A stretch of 48,844 nt of DNA from Acholeplasmataceae bacterium. Its GTDB lineage: Bacteria > Bacillota_I > Bacilli_A > Acholeplasmatales > Acholeplasmataceae. The position numbers and the translations under genes were made by a program. Each line of letters begins with the position of its first letter. Position 1 is the first letter of the stretch. Location of the stretch: NCBI GenBank assembly GCA_034007485.1, contig JAVEQT010000004.1, positions 1 to 48,844 on the forward strand, read 5' to 3'. The notes under the pieces are model-generated. The model saw only the letters and a list, made by a program, of their open reading frames with translations, was not told the DNA's origin and searched no databases. Below are positions 39,973 through 48,844 of this stretch, in pieces.

Positions 39973-41161
39973 CATGATGACAAAACTAAAAAGCAAGTGG
40001 CTGAGATTTAAAGAAACCGATGGGTTTCATACACTTATGGGTTCTTTATTTGCGATTGGCGTTGGTTTACTGATTGGGATTATTATTATTATTTTAGTTA
40101 ATCCCAGTGAATCAGGAGAAGGCATCTTAAGACTTATTAAAGGATTCATGAATCACCCAAGAGGTGCATGGATTGGATTAGGACAACTTCTCTATCGCAT
40201 TACACCTCTAATTTTTACTGGTTTAGCTGTTGCATTTGCATTTAAAACAGGTTTATTCAACATTGGTGCAAGTGGACAATATACAGTAGGTTTATTTGCA
40301 GCAAGTATGGTGGGTATTTTAGGAGATTCATTAGGTGGTTTTCAATGGATCGTTGCAGTGTTTGCCGGTATGGCTGCAGGTTTTATTTGGGGTGCTGTCC
40401 CAGGTATCTTTAAAGCATTCTTTAACGTTCATGAAGTTATTACATCCATCATGTTTAATTATATTGGTATGTATTTAGTCAATGGCTTACTTAACTCGAG
40501 TTTCTTAAGAACGCGTGTTGTCGATGGAACAACGAATAGAACACTTGTTGTTGATCAAGCAGCACGTACCTCTTATGGCCCGTTTAACGCTATATTTCCA
40601 AACTCTGGATTAGATATCTCGTTTTTAATAGCAGTAGCTGTTGCTGTGATTTTATTTCTTGTATTGAACAAAACAGTTTTTGGTAGAGAACTAAAAAGTG
40701 TGGGTATGAATAGAGATGCAGCAAAATATGCAGGTGTTAACGAAAAGAGAAGTCTGATCTTATCCATGGCAATCGCAGGTATGATTGCAGGACTTGGTGG
40801 TGCACTCTTTATCTTAGCACCAAGTACACGAAATTTGGGAAATGCATATGCTATTGAAAATGTCATTTTACCAGCGGGTTTTAATGGTATTCCAGTTGCA
40901 TTATTAGCTAACAGTAATCCGCTAGGGGTCATTCTTTCAACATTGTTTATCGGTCACATCACCCTAGGTGGTGCATCGATGCAAAGTGTCGGTTTTGTTT
41001 CTGAAATTGTTGATATTATTATTGGCGTTATTTTATACTTTAGTGCATTTGCACTGATTATGACACAATATCTTGGTAAGTTTAAGGATTATGTTGCGAA
41101 AAGAAAAAAAGATAAATCCTTACCACCTTCAACTGAAGAAGTAAAGGAGGGTAAACAATAA
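39965..41161 (+). CDS. ABC transporter permease
   Basis: GLFNIGASGQ, HEVITSIMFN, G.N..AAKYAG. Confidence 0.93.
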   Translation: MNDMMTKLKSKWLRFKETDGFHTLMGSLFAIGVGLLIGIIIIILVNPSESGEGILRLIKGFMNHPRGAWIGLGQLLYRITPLIFTGLAVAFAFKTGLFNIGASGQYTVGLFAASMVGILGDSLGGFQWIVAVFAGMAAGFIWGAVPGIFKAFFNVHEVITSIMFNYIGMYLVNGLLNSSFLRTRVVDGTTNRTLVVDQAARTSYGPFNAIFPNSGLDISFLIAVAVAVILFLVLNKTVFGRELKSVGMNRDAAKYAGVNEKRSLILSMAIAGMIAGLGGALFILAPSTRNLGNAYAIENVILPAGFNGIPVALLANSNPLGVILSTLFIGHITLGGASMQSVGFVSEIVDIIIGVILYFSAFALIMTQYLGKFKDYVAKRKKDKSLPPSTEEVKEGKQ

Positions 41162-42144
41162 TGGCTTATTTTATTTCACAATCACTTTTCTTTATTATTC
41201 CACTTTTAATTGTTGCTATTGCAGGGATGTTCTCTGAAAAGAGCGGTACTGTCAATATTGCTCTAGAAGGTTTAATGGTTATCGGTGCATTTTGTGGTAT
41301 TTTATTTATTAATAAGATGCAAGGTATTGGTGCATTCGCAAATTCACCACAGTTATTACTCATTTTCGCAATCATCTTAGCAGGTATGGGCGGTGCATTA
41401 TTTGCTTCACTTCTTGGTTTTCTAGCAATCAACATGAAAGCGGACCAAACTATCGGTGGTACAGCTCTTAATTTACTTGCTGGTTCATTAGCGATTTTCT
41501 TAGCAAAACAAAGCCAAGAAAATCATGCTGTACAAATTACTTATGATAAAGAAGTTTTCCGCTTAAATTCTGACTTCCTAAAAAATATTTTTCCGAACAT
41601 CAATTATGTTTTCTTTGATATGGCATATTTGACCACCTATATTGGTTTACTGATTTTAATTATTGCTACAATCGTCATTTATAAGACGCGTTTTGGTTCA
41701 AGATTATCTGCTTGTGGAGAGCATCCTGAAGCTGTTCAGTCAGTAGGTGTTAATGTTTACCACTATCGTTGGTATGGTGTTTTAATCTCTGGTTTCTTGG
41801 GTGGTTTGGGAGGTTTGGTTTATGCACTTCCTATTTCGGTATCCTTTGAAGGTACTGTTGCAGGTTACGGTTTCTTAGCATTAGCCGTGTTAATTTTTGG
41901 TCAGTGGAAGCCACTTAGAATTTTGTTTGCAGCCATTTTCTTTGGTGTTTTCAAAACACTCTCTGTAACATTCTTTGGCATTGGATGGATCAATTATTTG
42001 ATCATCGAATTCCCCAATGTTCCATTTGGTATGATTTTTAGAATGTTACCTTATATTGCTACTATGGTAGTCTTAGCCCTCTTCTCGAAAAAGTCTAGAG
42101 CACCTAAAGCATCTGGCAAACCATTCTTAGGAGCTGCACGATAA
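41161..42144 (+). CDS. ABC transporter permease
   Basis: SEKSGTVNIALEG, GEHPEA..SVG, GFLALA..IFGQWKP, LPY. Confidence 0.93.
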   Translation: MAYFISQSLFFIIPLLIVAIAGMFSEKSGTVNIALEGLMVIGAFCGILFINKMQGIGAFANSPQLLLIFAIILAGMGGALFASLLGFLAINMKADQTIGGTALNLLAGSLAIFLAKQSQENHAVQITYDKEVFRLNSDFLKNIFPNINYVFFDMAYLTTYIGLLILIIATIVIYKTRFGSRLSACGEHPEAVQSVGVNVYHYRWYGVLISGFLGGLGGLVYALPISVSFEGTVAGYGFLALAVLIFGQWKPLRILFAAIFFGVFKTLSVTFFGIGWINYLIIEFPNVPFGMIFRMLPYIATMVVLALFSKKSRAPKASGKPFLGAAR

Positions 42145-42148
42145 TATG

Positions 42149-42179
42149 AAAGCATCTGATAGCCTCAGATGCTTTTTTT
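42149..42179 (+). terminator. ABC operon terminator
   Basis: AAAGCATCTGA-TAGCC-TCAGATGCTTT followed by a T-run. Confidence 0.82.
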
Positions 42180-42241
42180 GTTCATTGTCATGATATAATA
42201 TGACCAATCATAAAATGATTGATTGATTTGTGGGGTATATT

Positions 42242-43168
42242 ATGAAGGCTTATGATCTGCACGCCTATTTTTCCAAATCTTTTGATGTTGTTGGCATTAT
42301 CAAGACAAAACGTTATATGGAAGAAGCAAAAAAAATGAATCGTGACATTCCACTTGAAACCTATCCAACGTTAGTTGTTTTGGGTTTAGCTTATCCTTAC
42401 AGAAGACTTATAAGCACCAAAACACACCTTGTACCCTCTTTTTATACGTTTGGTAGTGATTATCATCAGGTGTTAAAAAAACGTATTTTAGATGTGATGC
42501 AAACGCTTGGCGTCACATATCATATGGGTGTTGACAATCATCCGCATGATGAAAGGTTGGCAGCTGTTTTGTCTGGTGTTGGCTTTTTTGGTAAAAACCA
42601 ACTGATCATTAATCAAAACTTTGGATCATATCTCTTTTTAGGGATGGTCTTCATCGATCTTGAACTTGAACATGAAATCATTTTAGAAGTTAGTGACGAT
42701 TGTGGTACGTGCACAAAATGTATTGATAGTTGTCCCACACGAGCACTTGAAGAAAACACATATCATATGGAGCGATGCATGAGTTTTTTTAATCAAGAAA
42801 AAAAGGTTTTAACGGATAAAGAAATTCAAGCTAATTATAGTCTTTTTGGTTGTGACATTTGTCAGATGGTATGTCCAAAAAATATCAAAAAAGGTGAAAA
42901 AGTTCACCCAGAGTTTGAATTATCAGGTAAAGAAATGGTTTCAATTGCTGATCTTTTTTCCATGTCTGAAAGAGAGTTTAAACACAAGTATCATGAAATG
43001 TCTTATTTGTGGAAAGGGAAAACGATATTAATGAGAAATGCAGCGACCCTTTTATTAAGACAGAAGAATCATTCATACAATGATTTACTCGAGTCATCCC
43101 TTAAGAAACATGATATGCCTTGGTATCAAGTTACCGTATCGCACATCATCAATCAATTAAAAAAATAA
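42242..43168 (+). CDS. queG: Epoxyqueuosine reductase (QueG-like)
   Basis: DYH.VL, ER..A..SG.GF.GKN, GSYLFLG, CGTCTKCIDSCPT, C.S, FGCDICQMVCPKN. Confidence 0.85.
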   Translation: MKAYDLHAYFSKSFDVVGIIKTKRYMEEAKKMNRDIPLETYPTLVVLGLAYPYRRLISTKTHLVPSFYTFGSDYHQVLKKRILDVMQTLGVTYHMGVDNHPHDERLAAVLSGVGFFGKNQLIINQNFGSYLFLGMVFIDLELEHEIILEVSDDCGTCTKCIDSCPTRALEENTYHMERCMSFFNQEKKVLTDKEIQANYSLFGCDICQMVCPKNIKKGEKVHPEFELSGKEMVSIADLFSMSEREFKHKYHEMSYLWKGKTILMRNAATLLLRQKNHSYNDLLESSLKKHDMPWYQVTVSHIINQLKK

Positions 43169-43196
43169 GCCATCCGGCTTTTTTTACGTAAAAAAT

Positions 43197-43601
43197 TTAA
43201 AGCTTTATAAAAGTATATATACAAAGCGTTAAAGCTGTGATTTCATAAACACCTAAAGCAACAAACGTTAAGATGTACCAAAATCCCTGTGCTAGAGAAG
43301 CATCACTTCCAAAACCGATAAGTCCAGGTAGTATCATCATGATCAACAAGCCCAAAAGCATGCAAGAAAAAAGTGTTGCTTTAGGAATAAAGTGATCTTT
43401 CTTCTTTAATGAAACCAACATAATAATGAGTGCTCCAGGCATAACTACAAATGAAAGTTCTGCGGGCATTAAATAATCAATGATGAACATATTCTCATTG
43501 AGACTATAGTTGATTGACATTAAAATGGTGAACAAAAATGGGATAATAATGAACAAAATGCCTAAAATATCAAGATAGAATGTTACAGGATGTTTTTTCA
43601 T
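43197..43601 (-). CDS. Hypothetical membrane protein (about 4 TM)
   Basis: Hydrophobic helices, DYLMPAEL; RBS GGGAG before the ATG at 43601. Confidence 0.7.
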   Translation of the reverse strand: MKKHPVTFYLDILGILFIIIPFLFTILMSINYSLNENMFIIDYLMPAELSFVVMPGALIIMLVSLKKKDHFIPKATLFSCMLLGLLIMMILPGLIGFGSDASLAQGFWYILTFVALGVYEITALTLCIYTFIKL

Positions 43602-43864
43602 AAGTGCATAACTCCCTTCATCAATAGCATACAACATTTAATGAAAAAATAGATAACATTATTCAAAAAATGGCTTTGTTAAATCAATTTATGGTTATTC
43701 AGAAAGATATGTTCTCATTTCTTGATTATACAATATAAAAAGAGTAAACTTATGATAGGTAAATTTGGTTTTTTATTATATAATAAATGTGAGATTTATG
43801 CGTGGTGGGGATATTTTTATCGTTTAATTATGTCTGCTACTGATGTGATAAGAGGTGATGATCT

Positions 43865-45655
43865 ATGGAAGAAAGACAGTTTATTGATGAACCGCTTGAG
43901 CAATATGATAAAGTTTTTAGGGAGTTACACGAAAAAAATACAACCGAATATATCGACCAGCTGATTGAAACATCACATGTCAATCCGGAGGAAAACCGAA
44001 CGACGGTCAAAGCTATTCGAAAAAAAGAAGATGAGTTAAGACTTACCAATAAAAAGATTAGCAAATATCAAGGTTTAAAAACCTTATTGATCATACTAGC
44101 GATAGCCTCTCTTTTTGGATCAGGATACTTAGTCTATCAAATCATACAATTAGGTTTTCAAATGTTATTTGCCGGACTTGCAGCTTTAGGGGTTATTTTG
44201 ATGGTTTTGTTCGTGATGCTAATCAAGAAGAAAATCAATCCAGTCATTAAAGATGCTCAAAAGGTTAAAGATGAAATTCAGCTTAAAATTAAAGAATTAA
44301 TGGATCAAGCTTGGGAACAAATGCGACCTTTAAATGAACTTTTCACAGAAGGTATCAGTAAAGAGTTATTTCAAAAAACAATCCCTTTAATAAAACTTGA
44401 TAAAATGTTTGATGCTAAACGCTTAGATTATCTCGTTAACCGTTTTGGTCTTTATGATGAAAACGATATGAATCGTTCAGCACTCTTTGTTCAATCAGGT
44501 GAGATTAATGGTAATCCCTTCTATTTGTGCCGTGATTTAATACACTATTTAGGAACAAAAAGATATTCGGGATCAATTACGATTCATTGGACAACAACCT
44601 CTGTGGTTAATGGTAAAAGAGTTACCAATCATCATACACAAGTCTTAACAGCAACTGTTGAAAAGCCTTGTCCTTATTACTACAAAGAACCCTATCTTGT
44701 CTATGGGAATGATGCAGCACCTGATTTAATCTTTTCAAGAGAAGATTCAGATGCTGAACATATGAATGAAAAGCAGATAGAAAGAAAAGTCAAACGCGAT
44801 TTAAGAAAGCTCGAGAAAAAGACTGAAAAAAGCATTTCTAAAGGCGGATCTTATACAGTCATGGGTGGTAATTCAGAGTTTGAAGTTCTCTTTGGAGCAT
44901 CAAACCGTAATAACGAAGTTCAATTTAGATTGCTCTTTACACCACTCGCACAAAAACAATTACTAGAACTCATGAAAGATCAAACGATTGGTTATGGTGA
45001 TGACTTCGATTTTGAAAAGATTAAAAAAATCAATGTCGTTTATCCAGAGCATTTAGATAATTTTGACTTAAATGTTGATCCATCGTATTATCACGGTTAC
45101 GAACTTGATGCCATCAAGGAAAAGTTTATCGCTTATAATATGGATTATTTCAAACGTGTTTACTTCACGTTCGCACCTATCCTAGCGATACCGCTTTATC
45201 AACACACCCTACCTCATGAATATATCTATAAAGATTTATATGAGAGCTATGCAAGTTTCTATGAACATGAAAAAGTTGTCAACCACATGAATGCATTTGA
45301 GTTTAAACACCCATTATGCACAACAGAAAGTATTTTAAAAACGAAGACGATAAAATCAGATAATTACGAAGATATCGTCAAAGTGACATCTTATGGCTAT
45401 CGTACAGAACAAAGAGTGGATTATATTCAAAAAATGGGTGGCGATGGCAGAATGCATACCATACCAGTTGAATGGACAGAATACTTACCGGTTGAACAGG
45501 AATCAAAAGTATCCATTCATGTTGTAGAAGAGGAAAAAGAAGAATCGTTTAACGAATCATTTAGAAAAATGTTTGAAAACTTAAAAAACAAAGATGTATC
45601 TAAAGAAAATCTATACGCGATTCACCGATTTATTGCACATGTGATTAAAGATTAG
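43865..45655 (+). CDS. LemA-associated two-TM membrane protein (resembles the mollicute MAG1210-like family)
   Basis: Coiled coil, two TM helices and a large soluble domain (SGEINGNPF, EVQFRLLFTPLAQ); immediately upstream of lemA; family name from recall only. Confidence 0.65.
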   Translation: MEERQFIDEPLEQYDKVFRELHEKNTTEYIDQLIETSHVNPEENRTTVKAIRKKEDELRLTNKKISKYQGLKTLLIILAIASLFGSGYLVYQIIQLGFQMLFAGLAALGVILMVLFVMLIKKKINPVIKDAQKVKDEIQLKIKELMDQAWEQMRPLNELFTEGISKELFQKTIPLIKLDKMFDAKRLDYLVNRFGLYDENDMNRSALFVQSGEINGNPFYLCRDLIHYLGTKRYSGSITIHWTTTSVVNGKRVTNHHTQVLTATVEKPCPYYYKEPYLVYGNDAAPDLIFSREDSDAEHMNEKQIERKVKRDLRKLEKKTEKSISKGGSYTVMGGNSEFEVLFGASNRNNEVQFRLLFTPLAQKQLLELMKDQTIGYGDDFDFEKIKKINVVYPEHLDNFDLNVDPSYYHGYELDAIKEKFIAYNMDYFKRVYFTFAPILAIPLYQHTLPHEYIYKDLYESYASFYEHEKVVNHMNAFEFKHPLCTTESILKTKTIKSDNYEDIVKVTSYGYRTEQRVDYIQKMGGDGRMHTIPVEWTEYLPVEQESKVSIHVVEEEKEESFNESFRKMFENLKNKDVSKENLYAIHRFIAHVIKD

Positions 45656-45699
45656 AAAAATTTGATAAAATAAAATTATAATAAATGGAGGAAGTAAAA

Positions 45700-46365
45700 A
45701 TGCCAAATGAACTCGATGAAATGACTGGTCCAGTTAACCAAGAAGGACGCGACGTTAATGTGATTGAAAAACAAATCCAAGTGAAAACCGGATTTGGTTC
45801 AATCTTGTTTGAAATTGTATTATGGGTATTAGCAATTATCCCAGGGCTTATCTTCTTATTTATGAAGATTAATGCTCAAAAGTATTTTAGACAACTTCAA
45901 CAACGTATTCAACACAATGCTTCACAAATTGATAATTATCTTGAACAACGTGTTCAGATTTTACAAAATGTTGTTGGTATCGTCGAAAAGTCAGTCGATC
46001 TTGACAAAGATGTTATGAAGTCTGTTGCAGCATTTAGAGGTGGGGTCCATCCTACAGAAGAAAACAGAAATCAAATTGCAGGTGAACTTGATTCAGCAAT
46101 GAGAAGTATCAATGTTGCATTTGAAGCTTATCCAGATTTAAAAGCTCATCGTGCACTTGCTGATGCTATGCAACAAAATAGTTACCTACAAAAAGAAATT
46201 ACAGCAGCAAGAGAAGTTTTCAATGATACAGTACTTAAATGGAACCAAGATATATTTGCTTGGCCAACCAAGATGATTGTTGCAGCAAAAGCTGGTTATA
46301 CAACACGTATTCCATTTACTGCAAGCAAAGAAGTCAAAGAACAAGCAAGAGCTAAGTTTTTCTAA
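45700..46365 (+). CDS. lemA: LemA family protein
   Basis: N-terminal TM, IDNYLEQR, EAYPDLKA, EITAARE.FND.V..WN; RBS GGAGG before the ATG at 45700. Confidence 0.9.
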   Translation: MPNELDEMTGPVNQEGRDVNVIEKQIQVKTGFGSILFEIVLWVLAIIPGLIFLFMKINAQKYFRQLQQRIQHNASQIDNYLEQRVQILQNVVGIVEKSVDLDKDVMKSVAAFRGGVHPTEENRNQIAGELDSAMRSINVAFEAYPDLKAHRALADAMQQNSYLQKEITAAREVFNDTVLKWNQDIFAWPTKMIVAAKAGYTTRIPFTASKEVKEQARAKFF

Positions 46366-46377
46366 GCTTTAAACGTC

Positions 46378-46409
46378 AAAAAAGACATTCAAGTAGAATG
46401 TCTTTTTTT
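46378..46409. terminator. Bidirectional terminator
   Basis: AAAAAAGACATTC-AAGTA-GAATGTCTTTTTT. Confidence 0.82.
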
Positions 46410-46410
46410 G

Positions 46411-48201
46411 TTAGGCAACACGCATAAGTATGATGTCCATTTCATTTGTTAAGTTAAAAGATAATGATGTAAGATCTCCTTCAAAGATAGTTAACTTGTG
46501 ATTCACAAAATGCCCTATAGGAATGAATGTTTTTTGTGATGATTGATAGATTGAAGCAATCAATGATTTGATAGAAGTAAAGGATATAGGTAAAGCTTCT
46601 TTAACTAAATCTTTTGCATGAACAATGGAGATGGATTGAAGATCGACACCTTCATTGTTTTGATCAATCGTTAAGAGTTCTTGATAGAAATGAGCAGCTT
46701 CAGCCTCAAAGGCAAGTTTTGACAATAAGAGTGAAATAATCTTATTGGAAATAATGGTGTGCTTAATTCTAAATCCTTGAATGATTTGACTATGTTTAGG
46801 ATTTAGTATTTCTACAATGACTGAGATATCTTTTCTTTTTAGATGTGTCTCAAGATAGATCAGCGATTCAATGATGTCATTGTCTAGTTCTTGAAATTCT
46901 TTGTTCTCATCACTTAGCAAGAGAATTTTGGCTTTACGCTCATTTTTGTTAAGATCAACAATCATTTCATCAAGTTTATTGTGGTCATAAAAGGATACTG
47001 TAAAATGTGAAGAGGTCAGCAGTTCATAATGTTTAAAAGCTTCACTGATAAAACTTTGTTTATTATTTGAGCCGATGATATAGACATCCATATCCTCAAA
47101 TGATTTAAACGGTTTAAGTGTTAATTCTTGGATAGGTGTATTCTTTTTTGTAGAAGATAGTTGAGCAGTATCTTGATTGAGCGATATAGCAAATGTATCA
47201 TTTTTATACGTCATCACAGGTATAGCATGTGTATGTGTATTTAATACGTCATCAAATGTCACATTTTTGATTTTATAGACCTCAGAACCTTCAAAGGAGA
47301 ATAGTGATAAATATATCGATTCTAAACGTTCTTCAATCATGGTTTGTGCAATGATTTGACCTAAGCGTTGATCAAAACAAACGGGTAAGATAAGATGCTC
47401 TTCAAGATCTTTAACGACCTTAGATAACGTGTATAGTTTTTGTTCGCTTTCTTGTTCTTTAATTTCAACGACAATGGGAGGTTGATACATGAAGTGGAGC
47501 GGTCCTAAAGATAAGACATTCTTTATGACATGAAGATCATTTGATTTTTCGTTGTTCATAATAATAATGGCTTTTGCTTTATCAATTGAAACATCTGTTA
47601 AGTTGGAGATGATCAAGGGATCTGCTTGTTTAACTAAGACATTGAGATTTGCAAGTTTCTTTTGACGTTGTTCCTTTTTCAAAGCGTTTAAGATCAGTGA
47701 TTCAGCTTGATGTTTATCGCACATCGAAACAATCATGATTGTGAGAGCTTTCATTTCGAGATAAAGTAAATCAGAAACAAGTTCAGGCACCTTTGAATTC
47801 CAGTTAATGATGACAATATGTTCATCGAGCGTAATTTTACCGGAATTGTCTTTTTTTGTTTGAAAATAATCTTTAATCGCATTCGTTGTAAGTGCAATAA
47901 TTGTTCCAGAAAATAAAATAAGACCTATAACTAGTATGATAACAGCAAGTGTTAAAAGCTTTGGATTGGTAATGGACAAGATTGCATTAGGTGTTAACAT
48001 CCATTTGAGACTGCCATTAAAAAAAGCATCGAAGAAGTTAGAAAATGAATCATCGATGGATAAAGCAATGAATGAAGCGATAGCTAAAATGAGGATATTC
48101 AATAAGACCATGAGTGTGATCACATAAACTAAAGGCCTTTTATAGGTCTTAATGTTGATGTAACTCTTGGTTTTTTGTATCACTTTTTTAAAAGAACGCA
48201 T
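46411..48201 (-). CDS. CASTOR/POLLUX-like putative ion channel (TM-pore-TM plus tandem RCK-like domains)
   Basis: TM1, short pore helix (WMLTP), TM2 (GLILFSGTIIALTT); HIVIINWN, L..VSIDKAKAIII, IVVEI, second IVEILNP. Confidence 0.65.
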   Translation of the reverse strand: MRSFKKVIQKTKSYINIKTYKRPLVYVITLMVLLNILILAIASFIALSIDDSFSNFFDAFFNGSLKWMLTPNAILSITNPKLLTLAVIILVIGLILFSGTIIALTTNAIKDYFQTKKDNSGKITLDEHIVIINWNSKVPELVSDLLYLEMKALTIMIVSMCDKHQAESLILNALKKEQRQKKLANLNVLVKQADPLIISNLTDVSIDKAKAIIIMNNEKSNDLHVIKNVLSLGPLHFMYQPPIVVEIKEQESEQKLYTLSKVVKDLEEHLILPVCFDQRLGQIIAQTMIEERLESIYLSLFSFEGSEVYKIKNVTFDDVLNTHTHAIPVMTYKNDTFAISLNQDTAQLSSTKKNTPIQELTLKPFKSFEDMDVYIIGSNNKQSFISEAFKHYELLTSSHFTVSFYDHNKLDEMIVDLNKNERKAKILLLSDENKEFQELDNDIIESLIYLETHLKRKDISVIVEILNPKHSQIIQGFRIKHTIISNKIISLLLSKLAFEAEAAHFYQELLTIDQNNEGVDLQSISIVHAKDLVKEALPISFTSIKSLIASIYQSSQKTFIPIGHFVNHKLTIFEGDLTSLSFNLTNEMDIILMRVA

Positions 48202-48305
48202 AGCTATCATCCCTTTTTCTTATTTATTTTCATTATATCACGCAAAACTATGCATATTTCGTATAAAAGAAAAAAGTGTAGATAAGACGCTACACTTTGT
48301 GTTGA

Positions 48306-48844
48306 CTAAAAAGATGGTTTAATGATGCGTTTTGATTGTGGTGGTACATCAAAGGATTGTGCGTAACGTGTACGAGCTTCTTTACCCCTAACTGACATGA
48401 GTGACTCATAATACTCTTTATATCGAAAAGATGGGCTATGGAGGGCAAACCAATGACAGGAAATAGCTTGTTGCCATAATTTAAACCCTTCTTCAGAAAC
48501 ATGCACATAAACAAAGGGTTGAAAATCTGTTGCATCTTCCCAATTCTCAGCATAATAAGGACCTTGTGCAAAATGAGGCGGATTTTCTCTTTCAAATCCT
48601 GAAATGCCTGCATAAAATTGTGCATCATTAACGATATGGTGTGTCGTGATGTGGTCTTTATGCATTGAATTTTTCCAATGCGTGATCAAAATATCTGGTT
48701 TATATTTTCTAATTAAATCAGCAACTTCAAATTTAATGGCATCGTTATTTTGTAGTGTTCCATCATCATAAGGCAAAACGATACTGATTCCATTTAACAT
48801 TTTAGCAAATGCTTGTGCTTCTTGATTCTTTTGTAATCTATAAT
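48306..48844 (-). CDS. PIG-L/LmbE family deacetylase, 5' end outside the window
   Basis: EA..FA..L, DG.L, IRKYKPDILITHW..SMHKDH; frame stays open to the window edge. Confidence 0.85.
   Translation of the reverse strand, partial: YRLQKNQEAQAFAKMLNGISIVLPYDDGTLQNNDAIKFEVADLIRKYKPDILITHWKNSMHKDHITTHHIVNDAQFYAGISGFERENPPHFAQGPYYAENWEDATDFQPFVYVHVSEEGFKLWQQAISCHWFALHSPSFRYKEYYESLMSVRGKEARTRYAQSFDVPPQSKRIIKPSF

Overview
AT-rich bacterial chromosomal window using genetic code 11 (TGA is a stop, e.g. the ATGA stop/start overlaps at 18346-18349 and 33261-33264). The gene content suggests an Acholeplasmatales-like Mollicute or a low-GC Bacillota relative (inference). Most of it is housekeeping or accessory metabolism: a glycerol operon with GlpP attenuators, a Y-family polymerase plus YolD, guaC, tRNA-Pro(CGG), IscS, a GH18 lipoprotein, ndk, a BMP-type nucleoside ABC transporter, queG, lemA and a CASTOR/POLLUX-like channel. 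I saw no CRISPR array, integrase or transposase. The standout is 3028-4483. An Rgg/PlcR-like HTH-TPR (RRNPP-type) regulator is transcribed divergently from a secreted pre-peptide with a 34-aa leader followed by eight identical copies of DFDDSGFPPLVRV. All nucleotide differences among the 39-bp units are synonymous. A perfect 16-bp palindrome lies between the two divergent -10 elements, and a run of hairpins follows the peptide gene. This looks like a poly-pheromone (multi-copy) peptide quorum-sensing system. All family calls come from motif recognition by eye; no searches were run.
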